From: Escherichia coli
Lineage (GTDB): Bacteria > Pseudomonadota > Gammaproteobacteria > Enterobacterales > Enterobacteriaceae
Assembly (NCBI RefSeq): GCF_003334405.1
Contig: NZ_QOWM01000001.1
Length of the DNA: 64,000 nt
Strand: one strand, 5' to 3'
The notes under the pieces were generated by a model. It worked only from the letters and a program-made list of their open reading frames with translations. It did no database searches and was not told where the DNA came from. Positions 20,214-30,973 of the stretch are shown one piece after another. Position numbers and translations under genes: made by a program. Each line of letters begins with the position of its first letter. Within the stretch, counting starts at the first letter, position 1.

Positions 20214-22067
20214 ATGAGACGATTTCTGACGACGCTGATGATACTCCTGGTCGTGCTGGTGGCCGGGTTATCTGCGTTAGTGTTGCTGGTGAATCCGAAT
20301 GATTTCCGCGACTATATGGTCAAGCAAGTTGCTGCACGTAGCGGTTATCAATTGCAGCTCGACGGGCCACTGCGTTGGCACGTCTGGCCGCAGCTTAGTA
20401 TCCTCTCCGGGCGAATGTCTCTCACCGCCCAGGGCGCAAGCCAGCCACTGGTTCGCGCCGACAACATGCGTCTGGACGTGGCGCTTTTACCACTACTGAG
20501 TCATCAACTGAGCGTTAAGCAGGTGATGCTAAAAGGGGCAGTGATCCAACTGACGCCGCAGACGGAAGCGGTGCGCAGTGAAGACGCTCCGGTTGCACCG
20601 CGCGACAATACCTTGCCGGATCTGTCAGACGATCGCGGATGGTCGTTTGATATATCCAGTCTTAAGGTGGCGGACAGCGTGCTGGTGTTCCAGCATGAAG
20701 ATGACGAGCAGGTGACAATCCGCAATATCCGCCTGCAAATGGAACAAGATCCCCAACATCGTGGCTCATTTGAGTTCTCCGGGCGGGTTAATCGCGATCA
20801 GCGCGATCTCACAATATCCCTTAACGGTACGGTAGATGCTTCTGATTATCCGCATGATTTAACGGCGGCTATTGAACAAATTAACTGGCAGTTGCAGGGT
20901 GCCGATTTACCAAAACAAGGTATTCAGGGGCAGGGGAGTTTCCAGGCCCAGTGGCAGGAGTCACATAAACGCCTTTCATTTAACCAAATCAGCTTGACCG
21001 CCAATGACAGTACGCTGAGCGGGCAAGCACAGGTCACGCTGACAGAGAAACCGGAATGGCAGCTGAGACTGCAATTCCCGCAACTGAATCTTGACAACCT
21101 CATCCCGCTTAATGAAACCGCGAATGGTGAAAACGGTGCCGCGCAGCAGGGGCAGAGCCAATCAACGTTGCCGCGCCCGGTCATTTCTTCGCGTATTGAT
21201 GAACCGGCCTATCAGGGACTGCAAGGCTTTACGGCTGATATTTTGTTGCAGGCCAGTAACGTGCGCTGGCGCGGAATGAATTTTACAGATGTTGCCACGC
21301 AAATGACCAACAAGTCGGGTTTGCTGGAAATTACTCAACTGCAGGGCAAACTTAACGGTGGACAGGTTTCACTGCCGGGCACGCTGGACGCGACATCAAT
21401 AAATCCGCGGATAAACTTCCAGCCACGGCTGGAAAACGTTGAGATTGGTACCATTCTGAAGGCGTTTAACTATCCGATTTCGTTGACCGGAAAAATGTCA
21501 CTGGCTGGTGATTTCTCCGGTGCTGACATAGATGCCGACGCATTCCGCCACAACTGGCAAGGACAGGCACATGTCGAAATGACCGACACGCGCATGGAAG
21601 GGATGAACTTCCAGCAGATGATTCAGCAAGCGGTAGAGCGTAATGGCGGTGATGTGAAGGCCGCTGAAAACTTTGATAACGTGACGCGGCTTGACCGCTT
21701 TACCACCGATTTGACGTTGAAGGATGGCGTCGTGACGTTAAACGACATGCAAGGTCAATCGCCTGTGCTGGCGCTGACAGGGGAAGGCATGTTGAATCTG
21801 GCAGATCAAACCTGCGACACCCAGTTTGATATTCGGGTCGTGGGTGGCTGGAACGGGGAAAGCAAACTGATTGATTTCCTCAAAGAAACGCCAGTACCGC
21901 TGCGGGTTTATGGCAACTGGCAGCAACTCAATTACAGTCTGCAAGTGGATCAGTTACTGCGCAAACATCTACAGGACGAAGCGAAACGTCGCCTGAATGA
22001 CTGGGCCGAGCGGAATAAAGATTCCCGCAATGGCAAAGATGTGAAGAAGTTGCTGGAGAAGATGTAG
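20214..22067 (+). CDS. asmA: AsmA family outer-membrane assembly protein
   Basis: 617-aa ORF with N-terminal signal anchor (MRRFLTTLMILLVVLVAGLSALVLL); follows udk-dcd as in K-12. Confidence 0.9.
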   Translation: MRRFLTTLMILLVVLVAGLSALVLLVNPNDFRDYMVKQVAARSGYQLQLDGPLRWHVWPQLSILSGRMSLTAQGASQPLVRADNMRLDVALLPLLSHQLSVKQVMLKGAVIQLTPQTEAVRSEDAPVAPRDNTLPDLSDDRGWSFDISSLKVADSVLVFQHEDDEQVTIRNIRLQMEQDPQHRGSFEFSGRVNRDQRDLTISLNGTVDASDYPHDLTAAIEQINWQLQGADLPKQGIQGQGSFQAQWQESHKRLSFNQISLTANDSTLSGQAQVTLTEKPEWQLRLQFPQLNLDNLIPLNETANGENGAAQQGQSQSTLPRPVISSRIDEPAYQGLQGFTADILLQASNVRWRGMNFTDVATQMTNKSGLLEITQLQGKLNGGQVSLPGTLDATSINPRINFQPRLENVEIGTILKAFNYPISLTGKMSLAGDFSGADIDADAFRHNWQGQAHVEMTDTRMEGMNFQQMIQQAVERNGGDVKAAENFDNVTRLDRFTTDLTLKDGVVTLNDMQGQSPVLALTGEGMLNLADQTCDTQFDIRVVGGWNGESKLIDFLKETPVPLRVYGNWQQLNYSLQVDQLLRKHLQDEAKRRLNDWAERNKDSRNGKDVKKLLEKM

Positions 22068-22091
22068 GTTACCAGGTGACCTGTCCTGTAG

Positions 22092-22124
22092 GCCTGATAA
22101 GACGCGTAAAGCGTCGCATCAGGC
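22092..22124. repeat. REP palindromic element downstream of asmA
   Basis: GCCTGATAAGACGCG..GCGTCGCATCAGGC inverted repeat. Confidence 0.65.
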
Positions 22125-22224
22125 GTTCGCGGCGGCACCATTATATTCTGAATATGTAAGATCGAAGGCTGTTCCGTTCACTTGATGTTCCTCACTACTA
22201 TGGAACGCTCAAGCCGGTGAACGT

Positions 22225-22255
22225 GCCAGGGTGGCTCAATCGCCACCACCCTGGC
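22225..22255. other. Strong 10-bp stem-loop in the asmA-yegH convergent intergenic region
   Basis: GCCAGGGTGG, 11-nt loop, CCACCCTGGC; perfect 10-bp GC-rich stem. Confidence 0.5.
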
Positions 22256-22340
22256 AACCCGGGCTCCCGGCGGTAAATCGCCGCTGGCGCGGTTCCCTCA
22301 TCTTATTCCTTTCGGCTATCGGGTAAAATGACCGATACCA

Positions 22341-23924
22341 TCACACCTCGTACTTCAACTCGCCATCCTTATGCAGCGGAATAATCTGCACCTTCTGCAC
22401 GCGATGGCTTTCCACCTGCAACGTTTTAAGCAAATAATCCCCCACCTGAACTTCTTCGCCAGGTTTTGGAATACGCTGTAAATATTCCATCAACAGCCCG
22501 GCAATGGTGTGATATTCACGTTTTTCATCCAGCGGCAGCGGCACATATTGCACCAGATCTTCCAGCGGCATATGACCATTCGCCGTCCAGGAACCGTCCG
22601 CATTCTTCTGAATATCATGGCGGGCGTCGATCTCTTCCACTTCGTTCGGTAAGTTACCGGCAATGGTTTCAGTGACGTCACTTAATGTCACAATCCCTTC
22701 CACCGAGCCAAACTCATCCACCACAAAAGCAAAGTGTGTGCGGGCATTACGGAACTGCTCCAGGGCAGGTAACAACGGCAAGGTTTCCGGGAACACCAGC
22801 GGCTGGCGAATCAACACCCGCAGGTTGAGCGGTTCGCCGCGCAGTGACTGTTGTAGCAGGTCGATAACGTGAACAACACCGAGCAAATCTTCTGCGTCAT
22901 CACCGTCGGTAACCACCAGCCGCGTATGCTGATTTCGCTCCAGCAACTGGCGGATTTCTTCTTCCGGCGCGTTGAGATCGATATGCTCAATATCGTGGCG
23001 CGACGTCATAATGCTGCTGACAGTACGCTGGTTAAGATTAAGTACCCGCTCAATCATCCGCCGTTCCTGCGGATTAAAGATCTGCTGGTTACCATGATCG
23101 ACCAGCATGGACGCGGTTTCGGCGTCCAGTTCCGCATCTTCTTTTTGCCCGCTAAGCAGGCGCATTACCGCTTCGGTAGTCCGCTGGCGTAGCGTCTGGT
23201 TAGCGGAAAGAAAACGTCGCCGGTTAAAGATAGCCAACTGATTGAGCGCCTCGATCATCACCGAGAAACCAATGGCAGCGTACAGGTAGCCTTTCGGAAT
23301 GACGAAGCCGAAACCTTCTGCCACCAGGCTAAAGCCAATCATCAACAGGAAGCTTAAGCAGAGAATAACGATGGTCGGGTGGCTATTAACGAACTGGGTT
23401 AACGGCTTGCTGGCCATCAACATCAGGCTGATAGCGATAACCACGGCGGCCATCATGACCAGTAAATGGTCGACCATCCCGACGGCGGTAATCACTGAGT
23501 CGAGTGAGAAAATGGCGTCCAGCACCACAATTTGCGTCACCACGCCCCAGAACTTCGCACCTTTGCGTTGTGTGGGATTATTGCTGTCTTTCCCTTCCAG
23601 CCGTTCGTTCAGCTCCATCGTGGCTTTGAACAACAGGAAGAAACCACCAAACAGCATGATTAAGTCGCGGGCGCTAAAGGTAAACGAGCGGAAGCTGAAC
23701 AGCGGTTGAGTCAGGGTGACCAGCCAGGAGATTGACGCCAGCAGTAACAGGCGCATTAACATCGCCAGCAGCAGCCCGGTAACCCGTGCGCGGTCGCGCT
23801 GCTTCGGCGGTAGTTTTTCGGCGAGGATGGCAATAAAGACCAGGTTATCAATGCCGAGGACCAGTTCGATCACAATCAGCGTGATTAACCCGGCCCAGAT
23901 AGACGGATCGGCAATCCATTCCAT
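22341..23924 (-). CDS. yegH: TerC-family integral membrane protein with CBS and CorC/HlyC C-terminal domains
   Basis: ORF track 549 aa; trimmed to ATG (complement 23922-23924), [34 protein letters not shown] (TerC-like), giving 527 aa as recalled for YegH. Confidence 0.85.
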   Translation of the reverse strand: MEWIADPSIWAGLITLIVIELVLGIDNLVFIAILAEKLPPKQRDRARVTGLLLAMLMRLLLLASISWLVTLTQPLFSFRSFTFSARDLIMLFGGFFLLFKATMELNERLEGKDSNNPTQRKGAKFWGVVTQIVVLDAIFSLDSVITAVGMVDHLLVMMAAVVIAISLMLMASKPLTQFVNSHPTIVILCLSFLLMIGFSLVAEGFGFVIPKGYLYAAIGFSVMIEALNQLAIFNRRRFLSANQTLRQRTTEAVMRLLSGQKEDAELDAETASMLVDHGNQQIFNPQERRMIERVLNLNQRTVSSIMTSRHDIEHIDLNAPEEEIRQLLERNQHTRLVVTDGDDAEDLLGVVHVIDLLQQSLRGEPLNLRVLIRQPLVFPETLPLLPALEQFRNARTHFAFVVDEFGSVEGIVTLSDVTETIAGNLPNEVEEIDARHDIQKNADGSWTANGHMPLEDLVQYVPLPLDEKREYHTIAGLLMEYLQRIPKPGEEVQVGDYLLKTLQVESHRVQKVQIIPLHKDGELKYEV

Positions 23925-24085
23925 AGTAAGTACAAAACCTATTCGTTGTATGACAAATGTCACAATTCGATCATGGATAAATCGGGGCAAAAATGCAATG
24001 TTGCAGCACTATTTATCTCATATTATTTGAGGGTAATAACCTTACATTATCCCTGAATTAAAAGTAGTAATAATAAAACATTATT

Positions 24086-24099
24086 TAAGAAATATCGCA
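24086..24099 (+). promoter_or_regulatory. Candidate RcsAB box in the wza (cps) promoter region
   Basis: TAAGAAATATCGCA resembles the RcsAB box consensus TaAGaatatTCctA (from memory); lies in a visibly AT-rich 650-bp leader upstream of wza. Confidence 0.3.
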
Positions 24100-24392
24100 T
24101 GTGGAGACGCAATATTAAATATTGTCAACCTAAAGAAACTCCTAAAAACCATATTGAATGACACTTAATATAATTCTTAAAAATAGCCAATTGCCGAATT
24201 GTTACCTTGCCTGCTATTCCGTTAGCTGTAACACTTCCTCCTGCATTATTGGAGAGCCAATATTCAATTACCATAATGTCACCTTATATTCGGAAGTTAA
24301 TTTCCGCAATAACCCTTTCTCATCAACAATTGTATGCAGAGAGGGTTTGAAAAATTAAGCTAAATCAGTGTATTGGTAGCTAAAAAGCCAGG

Positions 24393-24404
24393 GGCGGTAG
24401 CGTG
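24393..24404 (+). promoter_or_regulatory. ops element (RfaH recruitment) within a JUMPstart sequence in the wza leader
   Basis: Exact GGCGGTAGCGTG within cagtgtattggtagctaaaaagccaggggcggtagcgtg, about 180 nt upstream of wza. Confidence 0.85.
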
Positions 24405-24582
24405 TCTGGATGCCTGAAAGACCAGTCTGAATTATTCTGTCAATAGCCTGCGGATGAAATCAATTTTTTTAGGACTGATGCCAGTTAAATTTTTATTCAA
24501 TTAACTGCAAGGTAAATGTGCATGGCGACATTGCTATTAATAGTGCACAGGATAATTACTCTGCCAAAGTGATAAATAAACA

Positions 24583-25722
24583 ATGATGAAATCCAAAATG
24601 AAATTGATGCCATTATTGGTGTCAGTAACCTTGATAAGCGGTTGCACAGTACTTCCGGGCAGCAATATGTCGACGATGGGCAAAGACGTCATCAAACAGC
24701 AGGACGCTGATTTCGATCTCGACAAAATGGTGAATGTTTATCCGCTGACCCCGCGCCTGATTGACCAATTACGCCCACGCCCGAATGTAGCGCGCCCCAA
24801 TATGACGCTGGAAAGCGAGATCGCGAATTACCAGTATCGCGTCGGGCCGGGGGACGTTCTTAATGTCACCGTCTGGGATCACCCGGAACTCACCACGCCA
24901 GCCGGTCAGTACCGCAGTTCCAGCGACACCGGCAACTGGGTACAGCCTGACGGCACTATGTTTTACCCGTATATCGGCAAGGTTCACGTAGTTGGGAAAA
25001 CGCTCGCTGAAATCCGCAGTGATATTACCGGGCGCTTAGCGACGTACATCGCTGACCCGCAGGTGGACGTTAATATCGCCGCCTTCCGCTCACAAAAGGC
25101 CTATATCTCCGGACAGGTGAATAAATCCGGCCAACAGGCGATCACCAACGTGCCACTGACCATTCTCGACGCCATCAACGCCGCAGGTGGCCTGACCGAC
25201 ACCGCTGACTGGCGCAACGTGGTGTTAACACACAATGGTCGTGAAGAACGCATTTCTTTGCAGGCGCTGATGCAAAACGGCGACCTCAATCAGAACCGAC
25301 TGCTTTACCCCGGCGATATTCTCTATGTGCCGCGTAATGATGATCTGAAAGTATTTGTGATGGGTGAAGTGAAGAAACAGAGCACCCTGAAAATGGACTT
25401 TAGCGGCATGACCCTGACTGAAGCTCTGGGCAATGCCGAAGGTATCGACATGACCACCTCCAACGCCAGCGGCATCTTTGTCATTCGTCCGCTGAAAGGC
25501 GAGGGCGGGCGTAACGGCAAGATTGCCAATATCTACCAGCTGGATATGTCCGATGCGACGTCGCTGGTGATGGCGACAGAATTCCGCCTGCAACCTTATG
25601 ACGTGGTGTATGTCACCACCGCCCCGGTTTCCCGCTGGAACCGTCTGATCAATCAGTTGCTGCCAACTATTAGCGGTGTCCGTTACATGACGGATACAGC
25701 CAGCGACATTCATAACTGGTAA
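24583..25722 (+). CDS. wza: Outer-membrane polysaccharide export lipoprotein Wza
   Basis: 379-aa ORF, lipoprotein signal (LISGCTV); first gene of the colanic acid cluster. Confidence 0.95.
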   Translation: MMKSKMKLMPLLVSVTLISGCTVLPGSNMSTMGKDVIKQQDADFDLDKMVNVYPLTPRLIDQLRPRPNVARPNMTLESEIANYQYRVGPGDVLNVTVWDHPELTTPAGQYRSSSDTGNWVQPDGTMFYPYIGKVHVVGKTLAEIRSDITGRLATYIADPQVDVNIAAFRSQKAYISGQVNKSGQQAITNVPLTILDAINAAGGLTDTADWRNVVLTHNGREERISLQALMQNGDLNQNRLLYPGDILYVPRNDDLKVFVMGEVKKQSTLKMDFSGMTLTEALGNAEGIDMTTSNASGIFVIRPLKGEGGRNGKIANIYQLDMSDATSLVMATEFRLQPYDVVYVTTAPVSRWNRLINQLLPTISGVRYMTDTASDIHNW

Positions 25723-25727
25723 TCGTC

Positions 25728-26171
25728 ATGTTTAACAACATCTTAGTTGTCTGTGTCGGCAATATTTGCCGTTCCCCGACGGCGGAACGCTTACTGCAAC
25801 GTTATCACCCGGAGCTGAAAGTGGAGTCCGCTGGACTCGGCGCGCTGGTCGGTAAGGGCGCTGATCCTACCGCTATCAGCGTCGCCGCAGAACATCAACT
25901 GTCTCTGGAAGGTCACTGTGCACGGCAAATCAGCCGCCGCCTGTGTCGCAACTATGACCTGATTTTGACCATGGAAAAGCGCCATATCGAACGCTTATGC
26001 GAGATGGCACCTGAGATGCGCGGCAAAGTGATGCTGTTTGGTCACTGGGATAACGAATGTGAAATCCCCGATCCGTATCGCAAAAGCCGGGAAACGTTTG
26101 CAGCGGTGTACACATTACTTGAACGGTCTGCCCGCCAGTGGGCGCAGGCATTGAACGCAGAGCAGGTATAA
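25728..26171 (+). CDS. wzb: Low-molecular-weight protein-tyrosine phosphatase Wzb
   Basis: 147-aa ORF with CVGNICRSP P-loop motif (C-x5-R). Confidence 0.95.
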   Translation: MFNNILVVCVGNICRSPTAERLLQRYHPELKVESAGLGALVGKGADPTAISVAAEHQLSLEGHCARQISRRLCRNYDLILTMEKRHIERLCEMAPEMRGKVMLFGHWDNECEIPDPYRKSRETFAAVYTLLERSARQWAQALNAEQV

Positions 26172-26173
26172 GA

Positions 26174-28336
26174 ATGACAGAAAAAGTAAAACAACATGCC
26201 GCTCCGGTAACGGGCAGTGATGAAATCGATATTGGTCGCCTGGTCGGCACCGTCATTGAAGCGCGCTGGTGGGTGATTGGCATCACCGCTGTATTTGCCC
26301 TCTGTGCCGTGGTTTACACCTTCTTCGCCACGCCGATTTATAGTGCCGACGCACTGGTACAAATCGAGCAAAACAGCGGCAATTCGTTAGTGCAGGACAT
26401 TGGTTCGGCATTAGCCAACAAACCGCCTGCATCGGACGCCGAGATCCAGTTGATTCGTTCGCGTCTGGTGCTTGGTAAAACGGTGGACGATCTCGACCTC
26501 GATATTGCGGTGAGCAAAAACACGTTCCCGATTTTCGGTGCGGGCTGGGATCGTTTGATGGGACGTCAGAACGAGACGGTGAAAGTGACCACCTTTAACC
26601 GCCCGAAAGAGATGGCGGACCAGGTGTTTACGCTTAATGTGCTGGACAATAAAAACTACACCCTGAGCAGTGATGGCGGCTTTAGCGCCCGTGGGCAAGC
26701 GGGCCAGATGCTGAAAAAAGAAGGCGTCACGCTGATGGTTGAAGCCATTCACGCCCGCCCGGGCAGTGAGTTTACCGTCACCAAATACTCCACGTTGGGG
26801 ATGATCAACCAACTGCAAAACAGCCTGACGGTAACGGAGAACGGCAAAGACGCTGGCGTACTGAGCCTGACTTATACCGGTGAAGATCGCGAACAGATCC
26901 GCGACATTCTTAACAGTATCGCTCGTAACTATCAGGAACAAAATATTGAGCGCAAATCGGCGGAAGCGTCGAAAAGCCTCGCCTTCCTCGCGCAACAGTT
27001 ACCGGAAGTACGTAGCCGCCTTGATGTTGCCGAAAACAAACTGAATGCCTTCCGTCAGGATAAAGATTCTGTTGATCTGCCGCTGGAAGCAAAAGCGGTG
27101 CTCGATTCGATGGTGAACATCGACGCGCAGTTGAACGAACTGACCTTTAAAGAAGCGGAAATCTCCAAGCTGTACACCAAAGTTCACCCGGCGTACCGCA
27201 CGCTGCTGGAGAAACGGCAGGCGCTGGAAGACGAAAAAGCCAAACTTAACGGTCGCGTAACGGCGATGCCGAAAACCCAGCAGGAAATTGTCCGTCTGAC
27301 CCGCGATGTCGAGTCTGGTCAACAGGTCTATATGCAACTGCTGAATAAAGAGCAGGAGCTGAAAATCACCGAAGCCAGCACCGTCGGCGATGTGCGCATT
27401 GTTGACCCGGCAATCACCCAGCCTGGCGTGCTAAAACCGAAGAAAGGGCTGATTATCCTCGGCGCGATTATCCTCGGCCTGATGCTCTCTATCGTGGGTG
27501 TGCTGCTGCGCTCGTTGTTTAATCGCGGTATCGAAAGCCCACAGGTGCTGGAAGAACACGGAATCAGCGTCTATGCCAGCATCCCGCTGTCGGAGTGGCA
27601 GAAAGCGCGCGATAGCGTCAAAACTATCAAAGGGATTAAACGCTATAAACAGAGCCAGCTACTGGCGGTGGGGAATCCAACCGATCTGGCGATTGAAGCC
27701 ATCCGTAGTCTGCGTACCAGTTTGCACTTCGCGATGATGCAGGCGCAGAACAATGTGTTGATGATGACCGGGGTTAGCCCGTCAATCGGTAAAACCTTTG
27801 TCTGCGCCAACCTGGCGGCGGTGATCAGTCAGACCAATAAACGGGTGTTGTTGATCGACTGCGATATGCGCAAAGGCTACACCCACGAGCTGTTGGGCAC
27901 CAATAACGTCAATGGCCTGTCGGAAATTCTGATTGGTCAGGGCGATATTACTACCGCTGCTAAACCGACCTCTATTGCCAAATTTGACCTGATCCCGCGC
28001 GGTCAGGTGCCGCCAAATCCTTCTGAACTGTTGATGAGCGAACGCTTTGCCGAACTGGTGAACTGGGGGAGTAAAAACTACGACCTGGTGTTGATTGATA
28101 CGCCGCCGATTCTGGCAGTGACCGATGCGGCAATTGTTGGTCGTCATGTCGGAACCACGTTAATGGTGGCGCGTTATGCGGTCAACACATTGAAAGAAGT
28201 GGAAACCAGTCTGAGCCGCTTTGAGCAAAACGGTATTCCGGTGAAAGGGGTGATTCTGAACTCCATCTTCCGCCGCGCCAGCGCGTATCAGGATTATGGC
28301 TATTACGAATACGAATATAAGTCGGATGCGAAATAA
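26174..28336 (+). CDS. wzc: Tyrosine autokinase / polysaccharide co-polymerase Wzc
   Basis: ORF track starts at an upstream ATG overlapping wzb; trimmed to ATG 26174 (MTEKVKQHAAPV), 720 aa; Walker A GVSPSIGKT; Tyr-rich C-terminal tail YQDYGYYEYEYKSDAK. Confidence 0.9.
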   Translation: MTEKVKQHAAPVTGSDEIDIGRLVGTVIEARWWVIGITAVFALCAVVYTFFATPIYSADALVQIEQNSGNSLVQDIGSALANKPPASDAEIQLIRSRLVLGKTVDDLDLDIAVSKNTFPIFGAGWDRLMGRQNETVKVTTFNRPKEMADQVFTLNVLDNKNYTLSSDGGFSARGQAGQMLKKEGVTLMVEAIHARPGSEFTVTKYSTLGMINQLQNSLTVTENGKDAGVLSLTYTGEDREQIRDILNSIARNYQEQNIERKSAEASKSLAFLAQQLPEVRSRLDVAENKLNAFRQDKDSVDLPLEAKAVLDSMVNIDAQLNELTFKEAEISKLYTKVHPAYRTLLEKRQALEDEKAKLNGRVTAMPKTQQEIVRLTRDVESGQQVYMQLLNKEQELKITEASTVGDVRIVDPAITQPGVLKPKKGLIILGAIILGLMLSIVGVLLRSLFNRGIESPQVLEEHGISVYASIPLSEWQKARDSVKTIKGIKRYKQSQLLAVGNPTDLAIEAIRSLRTSLHFAMMQAQNNVLMMTGVSPSIGKTFVCANLAAVISQTNKRVLLIDCDMRKGYTHELLGTNNVNGLSEILIGQGDITTAAKPTSIAKFDLIPRGQVPPNPSELLMSERFAELVNWGSKNYDLVLIDTPPILAVTDAAIVGRHVGTTLMVARYAVNTLKEVETSLSRFEQNGIPVKGVILNSIFRRASAYQDYGYYEYEYKSDAK

Positions 28337-28364
28337 CGACGCCTGCATTCGCACCGCCCCGTAG

Positions 28365-28394
28365 GCCGGATAAGCCGCTCACGCCGCATCCGGC
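28365..28394. repeat. REP palindromic element between wzc and wcaA
   Basis: GCCGGATAAGCCGCTCACGCCGCATCCGGC inverted repeat. Confidence 0.65.
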
Positions 28395-28428
28395 AAGCAA
28401 ACCAGCTCATAAGCCGGGAGAACAACCT

Positions 28429-29268
28429 ATGAAAGACAATCCGCTGATCTCAATCTATATGCCGACCTGGAACCGCCAACAACTGGCGATTCGGGCGATA
28501 AAATCGGTTCTGCGCCAGGACTACAACAACTGGGAGATGATCATCGTGGATGATTGCTCCACCTCCTGGGAACAACTGCAACAATACGTCACCGCCCTCA
28601 ACGATCCGCGTATTACCTACATTCACAACGACATTAACAGCGGAGCGTGCGCGGTACGTAACCAGGCAATTATGCTGGCGCAAGGGGAATACATCACCGG
28701 GATCGATGATGATGATGAATGGACACCCAACCGCCTGAGCGTCTTCCTCGCCCATAAACAGCAACTGGTCACACACGCCTTTTTGTACGCTAACGACTAC
28801 GTTTGCCAGGGCGAAGTTTATTCCCAACCGGCAAGCCTGCCGCTGTATCCCAAATCGCCGTATTCACGCCGCCTGTTCTACAAACGCAATATCATTGGCA
28901 ACCAGGTCTTTACCTGGGCATGGCGTTTCAAAGAGTGCTTGTTTGATACCGAACTGAAAGCGGCACAGGATTACGACATCTTCCTGCGGATGGTGGTGGA
29001 GTACGGCGAACCGTGGAAAGTGGAAGAGGCGACGCAGATCCTGCATATCAATCACGGCGAAATGCAGATCACCTCGTCACCGAAAAAATTCTCCGGATAC
29101 TTCCACTTTTACCGCAAGCACAAAGACAAATTCGACCGTGCCAGCAAAAAATATCAGCTGTTTACCCTCTACCAGATCCGCAATAAACGTATGACCTGGC
29201 GCACTTTGCTGACGCTGCTGTCGGTGCGTAACGGCAAACGTCTGGCTGATGGTATTCGGGGGCGCTAA
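28429..29268 (+). CDS. wcaA: Colanic acid glycosyltransferase WcaA (GT2)
   Basis: 279-aa ORF; GT2 motifs (SIYMPTWNR...IIVDDCS...DDDDE). Confidence 0.9.
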   Translation: MKDNPLISIYMPTWNRQQLAIRAIKSVLRQDYNNWEMIIVDDCSTSWEQLQQYVTALNDPRITYIHNDINSGACAVRNQAIMLAQGEYITGIDDDDEWTPNRLSVFLAHKQQLVTHAFLYANDYVCQGEVYSQPASLPLYPKSPYSRRLFYKRNIIGNQVFTWAWRFKECLFDTELKAAQDYDIFLRMVVEYGEPWKVEEATQILHINHGEMQITSSPKKFSGYFHFYRKHKDKFDRASKKYQLFTLYQIRNKRMTWRTLLTLLSVRNGKRLADGIRGR

Positions 29269-29270
29269 AG

Positions 29271-29759
29271 ATGCTGGAAGATCTGCGCGCCAACAGCTGG
29301 AGTTTACGCCCGTGCTGCATGGTGCTTGCCTATCGCGTCGCCCATTTTTGTTCAGTGTGGCGCAAAAAGAACGTTCTCAACAATCTGTGGGCGGCTCCGC
29401 TGCTGGTGCTGTATCGCATTATCACCGAATGCTTTTTCGGTTATGAAATCCAGGCCGCCGCGACCATTGGCCGCCGCTTTACTATCCATCACGGTTACGC
29501 CGTAGTGATCAATAAAAACGTGGTAGCGGGGGATGATTTCACCATTCGCCACGGCGTCACTATCGGCAATCGTGGTGCCGATAACATGGCATGTCCACAC
29601 ATTGGCAACGGCGTCGAACTCGGTGCCAACGTCATTATTCTTGGTGATATCACGATTGGTAACAACGTCACCGTGGGCGCGGGCAGCGTGGTGCTCGACT
29701 CTGTCCCGGACAACGCGCTGGTGGTGGGAGAAAAAGCGCGAGTGAAGGTAATTAAATGA
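29271..29759 (+). CDS. wcaB: Colanic acid acetyltransferase WcaB (hexapeptide repeat)
   Basis: 162-aa ORF with left-handed beta-helix hexapeptide repeats (IGNRGAD..IGNGVELGANVIILGDITIGNNV). Confidence 0.9.
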   Translation: MLEDLRANSWSLRPCCMVLAYRVAHFCSVWRKKNVLNNLWAAPLLVLYRIITECFFGYEIQAAATIGRRFTIHHGYAVVINKNVVAGDDFTIRHGVTIGNRGADNMACPHIGNGVELGANVIILGDITIGNNVTVGAGSVVLDSVPDNALVVGEKARVKVIK

Positions 29760-30973
29760 ATATTCTGCAATTTAATGTGCGACTGGCGGAAGGCGGGGCA
29801 GCAGGTGTGGCGTTAGATCTCCACCAGCGCGCGCTGCAACAGGGGCTGGCGTCACATTTTGTCTACGGCTACGGCAAAGGCGGCAAAGAGAGCGTCAGCC
29901 ATCAGAACTATCCGCAGGTCATCAAACATACGCCGCGGATGACCGCGATGGCGAACATTGCGTTGTTTCGTCTGTTTAATCGCGATCTGTTTGGCAATTT
30001 CAATGAGTTATATCGCACTATTACCCGCACACCGGGTCCGGTGGTCCTGCATTTTCATGTGCTGCACAGCTACTGGTTGAATCTTAACAGCGTGGTGCGC
30101 TTTTGCGAAAAAGTGAAAAACCACAAACCGGATATCACACTGGTCTGGACGCTGCACGACCACTGGAGCGTTACCGGACGCTGCGCCTTTACCGACGGTT
30201 GCGAAGGCTGGAAAACAGGCTGCCGGAAATGCCCGACCTTAAATAATTATCCGCCGGTGAAGATTGATCGCGCGCACCAGCTGGTGGCGGGCAAACGCCA
30301 GTTAGTCCGTGAGATGCTGGCGCTGGGCTGTCAGTTTATTTCCCCCAGCCAGCATGTGGCTGACGCTTTCAATAGCCTGTACGGGCCAGGGCGTTGCCGG
30401 ATTATCAATAATGGCATTGATATGGCAACCGAAGCGATTCTGGCGGATCTGCCTCCGGTGCGCGAAACTCAGGGCAAGCCGAAAATCGCGGTGGTGGCGC
30501 ATGACCTGCGTTACGACGGCAAAACTAACCAGCAACTGGTGCGCGAGATGATGGCGCTGGGCGACAAAATCGAACTGCATACCTTTGGTAAGTTCTCGCC
30601 GTTCACCGCTGGTAACGTGGTTAATCACGGCTTTGAAACCGACAAGCGTAAGTTGATGAGCGCGCTCAATCAGATGGATGCGCTGGTGTTCAGTTCTCGC
30701 GTCGATAACTACCCGCTGATTTTGTGTGAGGCGTTATCAATTGGTGTACCGGTAATAGCCACCCATAGCGATGCGGCGCGTGAAGTGCTGCAAAAATCCG
30801 GCGGTAAAACCGTCAGCGAAGAAGAGGTGCTCAAACTGGTGCAGTTAAGCAAACCGGAAATCGCGCAGGCGGTATTTGGTACCACGCTGGCTGAGTTCAG
30901 CCAACGCAGCCGCGCCGCCTACAGTGGACAACAGATGCTGGAGGAGTATGTCAACTTCTATCAGAATCTGTAG
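29756..30973 (+). CDS. wcaC: Colanic acid glycosyltransferase WcaC
   Basis: 405-aa ORF; 4-nt ATGA overlap with wcaB; position in cluster. Confidence 0.9.
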   Translation: MNILQFNVRLAEGGAAGVALDLHQRALQQGLASHFVYGYGKGGKESVSHQNYPQVIKHTPRMTAMANIALFRLFNRDLFGNFNELYRTITRTPGPVVLHFHVLHSYWLNLNSVVRFCEKVKNHKPDITLVWTLHDHWSVTGRCAFTDGCEGWKTGCRKCPTLNNYPPVKIDRAHQLVAGKRQLVREMLALGCQFISPSQHVADAFNSLYGPGRCRIINNGIDMATEAILADLPPVRETQGKPKIAVVAHDLRYDGKTNQQLVREMMALGDKIELHTFGKFSPFTAGNVVNHGFETDKRKLMSALNQMDALVFSSRVDNYPLILCEALSIGVPVIATHSDAAREVLQKSGGKTVSEEEVLKLVQLSKPEIAQAVFGTTLAEFSQRSRAAYSGQQMLEEYVNFYQNL

